DNA from: Anaerohalosphaeraceae bacterium
GTDB lineage: Bacteria > Planctomycetota > Phycisphaerae > Sedimentisphaerales > Anaerohalosphaeraceae
NCBI GenBank assembly: GCA_050309605.1
Contig: JBNRMN010000096.1
Coordinates: 21,827-85,826 of the forward strand
Direction of reading: 5' to 3'
Length of the DNA stretch: 64,000 bases
Shown here piece after piece: positions 38,654-46,708 of the stretch (positions are counted from its first letter, which is position 1; the number at the start of each line of letters is the position of its first letter). Position numbers and translations under genes: made by a program. Below the pieces are notes generated by a model. The model was not told where the DNA came from. It saw only the letters and a program-made list of their open reading frames with translations, and made no database searches.

Positions 38654-39472
38654 TTAGACGCCGCTGAAGGCATTGAATCCGCCGTCAATCGGGATGACGG
38701 CGCCGGTTACAAATTTTGACGCATCGCTGAGCAGCCAGTGCACTGTGCCGCAGAGTTCTTCGGCCTGGCCGAATCGTCCCATGGGGGTATGGTCGATGAT
38801 GGTTTGGCCGCGAGGGGTCAGTTTGCCGGTCTGTTCGTCCGTCAGGAGAAAACGATTCTGTTTGGTCAAAAAGAAGCCCGGCGCAATGGCGTTGACGCGG
38901 ATTTCGGTTGAGTAATTTTGGCACATGTGCACGGCCAGCCATTCGGTGAAATTGCTGATGGCCGCTTTGGCCGCCGAGTAGCCGACCACCTTGGTCAGCG
39001 GGTGGTAGGCGCTCATACTGGAGACGTTCAGGATGATGCCTTTTTTTTGCTGTGCGAAATATTTTCCAAAGACCTGGCAGGGGATGAACGTCCCCAGAAA
39101 GTTCAGGTCCATGACGTCGCGCAGGGCCTTGTCGGGCAGGTCAAAAAACGGCAGTTCGTCCGAAGCGGTGGCTTCTTTTTTGTTGCCTCCGGCGCCGTTA
39201 ATCAGCACGTCGATTTGTCCCAGCGAGTTGACCGCACAGGCGAAGGCGGATTCGATTTCGGCTCGATCCAGTACATTGATCCGCAACGGCAGGGCGAATC
39301 CGCCGTTGGCTTCGATTTTTTTGGCCAGTTCATTGGCCCGAAATTCGTCGTAATCAGCAATGCAGATTTTCGCTCCGGCCTGTGCCAGATACTCGGCCAG
39401 CGCCGAGCACAAGACCCCGGCTCCGCCGGTCAATACGATGCCCTTATCTTTGACATTGAACAACTCGCTCAT
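38654..39472 (-). CDS. SDR oxidoreductase, D-mannonate oxidoreductase-like
   Basis: TGGAGVL, NGAGGN, YSAAK, NFTEWLAV and APGFFLT.QN. Confidence 0.85.
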   Translation of the reverse strand: MSELFNVKDKGIVLTGGAGVLCSALAEYLAQAGAKICIADYDEFRANELAKKIEANGGFALPLRINVLDRAEIESAFACAVNSLGQIDVLINGAGGNKKEATASDELPFFDLPDKALRDVMDLNFLGTFIPCQVFGKYFAQQKKGIILNVSSMSAYHPLTKVVGYSAAKAAISNFTEWLAVHMCQNYSTEIRVNAIAPGFFLTKQNRFLLTDEQTGKLTPRGQTIIDHTPMGRFGQAEELCGTVHWLLSDASKFVTGAVIPIDGGFNAFSGV

Positions 39473-39617
39473 CACTTTTCCTTTGTGTCCTGAATTCCAG
39501 AGAAGCAAATATCACACACCATGAGATGTTTTTAACATTCTCGGTATCAAAATGCAAGGACTGTTTTTGAGAAAAAATTGAGAACGCCTCATTCAGGGCC
39601 TATGGGGCGTTGTTTGT

Positions 39618-39654
39618 CGTGAAAAATTTCAAGAAAGTCTTGAATAATTTCACG
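39618..39654. promoter_or_regulatory. 37-bp imperfect palindrome in the divergent promoter; candidate operator
   Basis: CGTGAAA AAT TTCAAGA AAG TCTTGAA TAA TTTCACG. Confidence 0.6.
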
Positions 39655-39674
39655 GTTCGAGATATTTTAATCAA

Positions 39675-40916
39675 ATGAAGACTCAGACCGCAGGAAAACA
39701 CGGAATGTCTCATAGTCCGATTGATTCAAAAACCGCCGGTCAGCGGAACGAAAAGCTGATCCTGTCGCTCTTGCGCAAGCAGGGCAGCTTGTCGCAGACC
39801 GAGCTTTGTCGGTTGGTGGGGATTGGCAGCTCAACGGCCAGCACGATTGTTTCTCGTTTGCGTGAAAAGGGGCTGGTGCTTGAAAATCGGGGGCTAAGCA
39901 GTCGTCGGGGGCCAAAGCCGATCATTTTAAGCTTAAATCCGGACTGTTATTATCTTGTTGGCATAGAAATCAATCCGAGTTATGCGGTGATTGGATTGTT
40001 TGACTTTGTCGGGCGGCTGATCGGCAAGCTTCAGATTCCGCTTGGCTCTGATCATTCGCCGGCCCATGTGATTGGCATTATCTGTGCTCGATTGCGGGTT
40101 TTTTTGGAGGAGCATAACCTCAATGAAAACAAGATTTTAGGCGCCGGTATCACGCTCAGCGGTTCGGTTTCGTCCGGGGGGGATGTGCATTTGTCCAGTC
40201 CGCTGGGCTGGCGCGATGTGCCGCTGCGTCGGCAGCTTTTGGAACATTTCAATTTTCCGATTGCCGTTTACAGCAACCGCGTTCGTCTTTTGGCCGAGAT
40301 CGCCGCCGACGCTGAGTTGGCTACTCGAAATATCCTCTATTTGAATGTGGCCAACGGCGTCGGTTCGACCGTCTATATGAACGGTCGTCTGGTCTTTGGT
40401 GCGACGGGCCGCTATGGCGAAATCGGACACAATGTAATCGATTCGGACGGTCCGCTTTGCGGGTGCGGCCATCGGGGGTGTCTGGAGGCTCATATTTCCG
40501 GGCCGGCCCTGGCCGGCAGGATTGAACGCGATGTACGAAGCGGCGCAGAGACGCTGTTTGCGGAAGGACTCAACGGACATCCTACGCCGGAAAAGCTGCT
40601 TTCGATTTGGCCCAGGGCCGTGGCATCAAAAGACGCCTATGCCCTTGAGCTGCGCGATGAGGTGGCCGGGCTGATCAGTCGCTGTGCGGCCGAAGCGATC
40701 AACTGCTACGATCCGGATGTGCTGATATTGGCCGGTTATGTCAATTTGCTGTTTGCCGACGAGTTTGCCTGTGCCATTCGCAAGCAAATGGAGGCAGCGG
40801 TTTATGACAACGCCATGCGTCAAATCGATATTCGTACGGCCAAAGCCGGCGAGGATGCGTTAATCAACGGCATTTGTGCGGCGGTGCTTCAGGATTTACT
40901 GGAGGTAACATGGTAA
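39675..40916 (+). CDS. ROK-family transcriptional regulator
   Basis: N-terminal wHTH, RGPKP, GEIGH and CGCGHRGCLE. Confidence 0.92.
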   Translation: MKTQTAGKHGMSHSPIDSKTAGQRNEKLILSLLRKQGSLSQTELCRLVGIGSSTASTIVSRLREKGLVLENRGLSSRRGPKPIILSLNPDCYYLVGIEINPSYAVIGLFDFVGRLIGKLQIPLGSDHSPAHVIGIICARLRVFLEEHNLNENKILGAGITLSGSVSSGGDVHLSSPLGWRDVPLRRQLLEHFNFPIAVYSNRVRLLAEIAADAELATRNILYLNVANGVGSTVYMNGRLVFGATGRYGEIGHNVIDSDGPLCGCGHRGCLEAHISGPALAGRIERDVRSGAETLFAEGLNGHPTPEKLLSIWPRAVASKDAYALELRDEVAGLISRCAAEAINCYDPDVLILAGYVNLLFADEFACAIRKQMEAAVYDNAMRQIDIRTAKAGEDALINGICAAVLQDLLEVTW

Positions 40917-41075
40917 TTGAAGAGGAATTGTTGTTTTTCGACAACGGTTTTTTTGAGCAATAAAGCGGAGCGGCGTAATCGTTTCGTCTTTTAATTAGCG
41001 TGTCATAAGAACAGTATAACCAGGGATTGGGCGGCGCGGCAGGCGTCGAACGATCCGCATTTTCAGGAGAGTGTT

Positions 41076-43544
41076 ATGAGTCAAACCAAGTCCAACGCCC
41101 GTTTATCGCGTCGAAGCGTGCTGAAAACCATCCTTTATACGCCGCCGATCCTGATGTTCGGCCAAGGCGGTCTTTTTGCCGACCAGGAGGTTCGTCCGCT
41201 GTTTGAGCCGCGGCAGATTCCGCGCCATCGCAAGATTCGCACGGCGGTCATCGGGGTGTATAATCGCGGGGCACAGGTCATCGGTGAGTTTAATCGTTTT
41301 CAGGACCAGATTGAGTTTGTCGCTTTTGCCGATGTGGCTTTTTTGGAGCATGACCCCTCGGTTCGGGGATTTCCCGGTGTGCCCTGTTTCCAGGATTATC
41401 GGGAGATGTTCGAGCAGATGCACGAACAGATTGACGCGGTGATTATTGGGACGCCTGACCATGCGCATTTTCCGCAGATTGTGCATTCGATGCTGCTGGG
41501 CAAGCATGTGTATGTTGAAAAACCGATTGCTCAGAATGTGTATGAATGTCGCTTGCTTGAGAAGATGGCCAAAGGCTGTCCGGGTGTGATTGTTCAGATG
41601 GGCAATCAGGGGCATTCGGGATCAGGGACGCTGCAATTTCGCGAGTGGGTCAAGGCGGGTTTGATTCAGAATGTCCGCAAAATCGACGCCTGGATGACCA
41701 ATTCCCGCCGCTGGCATGGCTGGACGGATACGGCGTATCCGGAAGCGATCCCGCCGGTCGGGTTTGAGTGGGACATTTGGCTGATGCGTCGTCCGTTCAG
41801 GCCATACAGTGAGAAACTGGTGGACGGCAACTGGCGGTGCTGGTTTGAGTTCGGCTGCGGTGCGATGGGCGACTGGGGGGCGCATATCCTGGACGCGATT
41901 CATCGGTATTATTTGAACTGCGCGATGCCTTATGAGGTTACGACCAAGCTGATTGGCCCGAGCGATTTGATTTATCCACAGGGGTCGGTGATAACATTCA
42001 AGTTCCGCGGCGAGAACGGACGGCCGCCGGTGGAGCTGAACTGGTATGACGGGCAGGGCAATAACCCGCCGGCGCCGCCCGGAGCGAACGGCAATTTGGG
42101 CAACGTCGGTTCGCTGGTGTATTGTGATGAATTTGTGGTGCGCGGGACCAGTCATGGCGGTCATTATCGTTTGTTGTCCGGAGAAAAAACCAGAGAACTG
42201 CAAGAGGCCGGCCGGATTCCGGAAACGCCGCGTCCGCCGTCGAATCATTATCAAAACTTTCTGAATGCCTGTCAGGGAATCGAGCCGGTCAGTTCGCCGA
42301 TAGCGGTTGCCGCACCGCTGACCGAGCTGCTTTGTCTGGGGTGTGTCGGGCAGCGTTTCGGCGGGACGCTTCGGTACGATGCGGCCTCTGCGGAGATTAC
42401 CAATCACCCGCAAGCCAACGCCATGCTCAAGGGGCCGGATGTGCGCGACGGCTGGCAGGTGTATGATCGTCCGGCGGTGATGAAGTCCAAGGCGGCTCAA
42501 ATCAAGAAGCCTCAGGATGTGCCGTGGGAAGATCTGATTGATGAAAGTCTCAGCAAGTGGGTCAACCCGTATGAGTGGGGGCGTGCGCAGGTGGTTAACG
42601 GAGAAGTGCACCTGACGACGGACCGCAGCAAGTGGTTTTTGATGACTCAAAAGCCGTATGCCAATTTTGTTTTTGAAGGCGAGATTCTGATGCCGGTCAA
42701 TGAAGGCAATTCCGGCTTTCAGTTCCGCAGTCAGATGTCCAAGAATCGCGTTTGGGGCTATCAGGCTGAGGTGGATACGGCCGATCGCAAGTGGTCCGGC
42801 GGTTTGTATGACGAGGGGCGGCGGATGTGGTTTATTTCGCCTAATCGCGATCAGGCCGGTACACCTGCCCAACGGGACGCATCCATTGCTGAGTTTCGCG
42901 CCCGTGCGGGTGATTGCTTCAAACAGGGGCAGTGGAACACCTACCGCATCGTGTGTATTGGTTCGCATATTCAGATTTATGTCAACGGGATTCTGACGAC
43001 CGACATTCACGACGCGATGGATTTGGCCGGTCATATCGGCATTCAGCATCACGGCGAACGCGGGTTGGTGTATAAGTTCCGCAATCTGCGGATCAAGGAT
43101 CTGGGCGTCGGGGGCGAATTGTATTACCCGCATCGCGAAAATGCCGCCGTTGCCGCGGTTCCGTCGAAGATGGACGGGGCGATTTACGAAGCTGAGAACG
43201 CCAACCGAATGAATGATGCGCAGGTGGCGGACAATCATACCGGTTATCAGGGAACCGGTTTCGTCGATTTTGGCGGAGCGGGCAGCTTTGTCGAATGGGA
43301 CAATGTGCTGGCAGATCAGGCCGGGGAGTTTACGCTGACGTTCCGATATGCGTCCTCCGGTGACCGGTCGTGCAATTTGCTGGTCAATGGCGAACAGGTC
43401 GGTCGCATTCCATTTGCGTCAACCGGCAACTGGACGACCTGGCAGACTGTGGATGTGAAGGTTCAATTCCGTACCGGTCGTAACGCGGTTCGCGTCGTGG
43501 CCGTTGATCAGGGTCCGAATCTGGACGCGATGGCGGTCAATTGA
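41076..43544 (+). CDS. Tat-exported Gfo/Idh/MocA oxidoreductase fused to DUF1080 and a CBM6/CBM35-like domain
   Basis: SRRSVLK Tat motif; TPDHAH, EKP, GDWGAH; GNSGFQFR, WNTYRI, GHIGIQHH; YEAE...GYQGTGFVDF...GPNLD. Confidence 0.85.
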   Translation: MSQTKSNARLSRRSVLKTILYTPPILMFGQGGLFADQEVRPLFEPRQIPRHRKIRTAVIGVYNRGAQVIGEFNRFQDQIEFVAFADVAFLEHDPSVRGFPGVPCFQDYREMFEQMHEQIDAVIIGTPDHAHFPQIVHSMLLGKHVYVEKPIAQNVYECRLLEKMAKGCPGVIVQMGNQGHSGSGTLQFREWVKAGLIQNVRKIDAWMTNSRRWHGWTDTAYPEAIPPVGFEWDIWLMRRPFRPYSEKLVDGNWRCWFEFGCGAMGDWGAHILDAIHRYYLNCAMPYEVTTKLIGPSDLIYPQGSVITFKFRGENGRPPVELNWYDGQGNNPPAPPGANGNLGNVGSLVYCDEFVVRGTSHGGHYRLLSGEKTRELQEAGRIPETPRPPSNHYQNFLNACQGIEPVSSPIAVAAPLTELLCLGCVGQRFGGTLRYDAASAEITNHPQANAMLKGPDVRDGWQVYDRPAVMKSKAAQIKKPQDVPWEDLIDESLSKWVNPYEWGRAQVVNGEVHLTTDRSKWFLMTQKPYANFVFEGEILMPVNEGNSGFQFRSQMSKNRVWGYQAEVDTADRKWSGGLYDEGRRMWFISPNRDQAGTPAQRDASIAEFRARAGDCFKQGQWNTYRIVCIGSHIQIYVNGILTTDIHDAMDLAGHIGIQHHGERGLVYKFRNLRIKDLGVGGELYYPHRENAAVAAVPSKMDGAIYEAENANRMNDAQVADNHTGYQGTGFVDFGGAGSFVEWDNVLADQAGEFTLTFRYASSGDRSCNLLVNGEQVGRIPFASTGNWTTWQTVDVKVQFRTGRNAVRVVAVDQGPNLDAMAVN

Positions 43545-43658
43545 GCGTGAATGAATCATCACGGCGCATCCGGTTCCCTTTGACGGGGACCGGATGATGC
43601 CGCTATTTCATTTGGGTCTGTGCCGAAACAAGAAGCACTTTTTGCGAGGAGAAATAAG

Positions 43659-44993
43659 ATGGTCAGTCCAGTTTTAACGAGCCGTCGAACGTTTCTGAAA
43701 AGCGCCGCCGCGGTACCGCTGATTCTGCCGTCGGCTTTGCGGGCGGCCTCTGTCTTGCCCAATGATCGCATCACGATCGGGATGATCGGTACGGGGCGAC
43801 AGAGCCGGGGGCTGCTGGGTCATTTTTTGGCGCGGTCGCAGGTCGTGGCGGTCTGCGACGTGGATACCACGCGACGGGAAAACGCCCGCCAGCGGATCAA
43901 CGATCACTACCGCCGCTATCCGGATCAGGGGCCGGCTGATTGTGCGGCCTATACGGATTTTGAGGCGTTGCTGGCGCGCGAGGATATTGATGCGGTGTGC
44001 GTGGCGACGCCGGACCACTGGCACACCTTGATCACGCTGGCGGCGCTGCGGGCGGGCAAGGATGTGTATTGCGAAAAGCCGCTGACGCATGACATTTCCG
44101 AGTCGGTTGCGGTGATGAAGGCGGTGGAGGCCAACGGACGTATTTTGCAGACCGGATCGCAGCAGCGTTCCAGTCGGGAGTTTCGTGTGGCCTGCGAGCT
44201 GGCACGCAACGGGGCGGTGGGTCGGATTGAGCGGATTGAGTGCAGTTTCGGCGATCCGGTCATTGATTGCGATTTGGCGGAAGAACCGCTTGAGCCGGGG
44301 CTGGACTGGAACCTGTGGCTGGGTCCGGCGGCGTATCGGCCGTATCATTCCGAACTCAGTCCGCGCGGGATGCACGACCATTGGCCGAACTGGCGGCGGT
44401 ATCGAGAATTCGGCGGCGGGATGGTGGCCGACTGGGGGGCGCATCATCTGGATATTGCGCAATGGGCGCTGGGGATGGATGACAGCGGTCCGGTCGAGGT
44501 ATTGCCGCCGGCGGACAAAGGCGCCAAACGCGGCGCGTCTCTGATCTATGCCAATGGGGTTCAGGTGTGGCATAAGAATGGTTTCGGGGTGCACATATTT
44601 GGTACGGACGGGGAGATTCGGGTCAATCGCGGCAAGTTCTGGCTGATTCGCGACGGGGAAACGATCGCCAGGTTCACGCAGCGCGAAGACGGCGGTACGC
44701 TTGATTCCAAGCTGTCGCTTGCTGAGCGCGAATGTCTCCAAGATGCCACCGTTCAGCTTTACCGGGTGCGGGACAATCATATCGGCGATTTCCTTGAGGC
44801 GATGCGGACGCGGCAAAAGCCGATTACCCACGAGCAGATCGGCGCTCGGTCGTCCATATGCTGTCATTTGATGAATCTGGCTTACTATTACGGGCGGCCG
44901 ATTAAGTGGGATCCGGCGCGCTGCACGTTTGCCGACGGGTCCGGCGATCCGGATTGGCTGACCGGCTCGCGTCGGGATTATCGTCAGAGTTGA
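43659..44993 (+). CDS. Tat-exported Gfo/Idh/MocA oxidoreductase
   Basis: SRRTFLK, TPDHWH, CEKP, QTGSQQRS and DWGAHHLD; GAGGAG RBS. Confidence 0.92.
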   Translation: MVSPVLTSRRTFLKSAAAVPLILPSALRAASVLPNDRITIGMIGTGRQSRGLLGHFLARSQVVAVCDVDTTRRENARQRINDHYRRYPDQGPADCAAYTDFEALLAREDIDAVCVATPDHWHTLITLAALRAGKDVYCEKPLTHDISESVAVMKAVEANGRILQTGSQQRSSREFRVACELARNGAVGRIERIECSFGDPVIDCDLAEEPLEPGLDWNLWLGPAAYRPYHSELSPRGMHDHWPNWRRYREFGGGMVADWGAHHLDIAQWALGMDDSGPVEVLPPADKGAKRGASLIYANGVQVWHKNGFGVHIFGTDGEIRVNRGKFWLIRDGETIARFTQREDGGTLDSKLSLAERECLQDATVQLYRVRDNHIGDFLEAMRTRQKPITHEQIGARSSICCHLMNLAYYYGRPIKWDPARCTFADGSGDPDWLTGSRRDYRQS

Positions 44994-45045
44994 CACAAGG
45001 ACGCCCCGTGCTTTGGAGCGATTCGGGTTAGCGGCGATGCAAAGA

Positions 45046-45095
45046 GATCGTAAAGAAATTAAATGACTGATTTGCGAATCATTGAACTCCGAAGG
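45046..45095 (+). repeat. 50-bp intergenic repeat, copy 2
   Basis: GATCGTAAAGAAATTAAATGACTGATTTGCGAATCATTGAACTCCGAAGG. Confidence 0.85.
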
Positions 45096-45346
45096 GCTTG
45101 GCGCGGCGGAGCCGCAACCCAATCCGAAATACGAATATCGACATCCGAAACAAATTCAAATGACAAAAAACGCAATGTTCCAAACTGGATCGAAACCTAA
45201 TTGATTCAACGGCTTACGATTTTGTATTTTGAACACCGTGCATAAAAAAAAGAAGTTTTTCGATTGTTGAACGTATTTTTTCTTCGTGATCTTCGTGTTC
45301 TTCGAGGTGGTAAAAAACAGTCGAATTATTTTTTACGGCTCCTTAG

Positions 45347-46471
45347 TTAATCGACAGAAACCGTGTCGTTGGGGTTTTCCATGGTCTGTCCCGGCGAGTG
45401 GGGGGATACGCGGGGATGCTCAATGTGGTGAATGTGCGTGTATAAGGCCTTGTACATCGGCAGGGGGGTGTCGGGGTGCCAATAGCCCAGGCTGCGGGCG
45501 GTTTGTGCGGCGAAGATAAACGCTGCGACGGTGATGACGCCGTAAAGCACCGCCGGCAGTGCCGTGCGCGATCCGAACAGGCTGAGTCTCAGGGCGCGGC
45601 GATGTGAACAGGATTGCACGCAGCGGTAACAGGCGGTGCATTCGGGGCTGGATACACGACGCAGTCGGTGCACGGCGATGCGGTTGGGGCAGGCGTCGGA
45701 GCAGCGTCCGCAGCCGTTGCAGGCGGATGGCCGGCGTTTGACAGAGGTCGGGCTTGCGACCGAAACGATAGCAAGCAGTGCGCCGTAAGGGCAAAGATAA
45801 CGGCACCAGGCATTTTTAATCAGCATTGACAAGACGCCCAAGATGCCAAAAACGACCAGGCTTGTAGCGGAGAGATTGAAAAAGAACAGAAACATTTTGG
45901 CGTCGGAGATGCGGTTGTAGCTTCCGTGTATCCAATGATGCAGGGCAAGGGTCGGCATTTTGACGATGTAATAAAAGAAAAACCCGAACAGGAGGTATTT
46001 AAGCGACCTGAGCAGTATATCAAGAATCCACGGCGGATTGACATTACTGCCGAACAGCAGCTTGCCGGTGCGATGGAGCCATTCCGAGGCCGTACCGAAG
46101 GGACAGACCCAACTGCAGAAGCCGCGCCGCAGCAGGCATGTCATCAACAGAATCAGCGAGAAAATCACCAGCCCGGCCGGTCGGACGGTGTTGGCGATGC
46201 CGGTCTTGACGAAATAAACCAGCGACATCAGGGAACTGATGGGCAGATAGCCGTCCACGGCGGGGGGTCTGACGGCATTGAAAGCCGGTTGGGGCTGCTC
46301 CAGGGCCAGCAAAAAAGTGCGAAATTCCAGCCCGAGCAGTATCGAAAACAATACAAAAGCCGTCTGGATTGCCGGGCGCAGCCAGTAGGCGTCGGGCGTT
46401 TCCGTCGGCGGCGTGATCGCTCTGCGACAGCGGGCCAGCCAGTGCTTTGTCCGTTGGAAGAATCCTGTCAT
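45347..46471 (-). CDS. Membrane 4Fe-4S binding protein (YccM/NapH-like)
   Basis: FCSWVCP, WCRYLCP, CNGCGRCSDACP and CTACYRCVQSC. Confidence 0.88.
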   Translation of the reverse strand: MTGFFQRTKHWLARCRRAITPPTETPDAYWLRPAIQTAFVLFSILLGLEFRTFLLALEQPQPAFNAVRPPAVDGYLPISSLMSLVYFVKTGIANTVRPAGLVIFSLILLMTCLLRRGFCSWVCPFGTASEWLHRTGKLLFGSNVNPPWILDILLRSLKYLLFGFFFYYIVKMPTLALHHWIHGSYNRISDAKMFLFFFNLSATSLVVFGILGVLSMLIKNAWCRYLCPYGALLAIVSVASPTSVKRRPSACNGCGRCSDACPNRIAVHRLRRVSSPECTACYRCVQSCSHRRALRLSLFGSRTALPAVLYGVITVAAFIFAAQTARSLGYWHPDTPLPMYKALYTHIHHIEHPRVSPHSPGQTMENPNDTVSVD

Positions 46472-46597
46472 CGTTTTTTATCCTGATCGCGCAAGAAAAA
46501 GACAGGATTATTTTAATCCTATATTGGTCGAATTCAAGGTTTTTTTGCCTTTTCTCTGGTTTTATGGGGCGAGATGAGCAAAAGGGGGGAAATACTG

Positions 46598-46626
46598 TTG
46601 ACTAATACTCTCGGAAACTGTAGAAT
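46598..46626 (+). promoter_or_regulatory. Sigma70-type promoter
   Basis: TTGACT-17 nt-TAGAAT upstream of the pentapeptide-repeat gene. Confidence 0.6.
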
Positions 46627-46708
46627 AATATGGATTTCAGGGTTGAAAAAGCTGTGCGGCAAATCAAGAGACGAGTTGCCTTTTTAGTTTCAAGGAAAGG
46701 GGTATATT

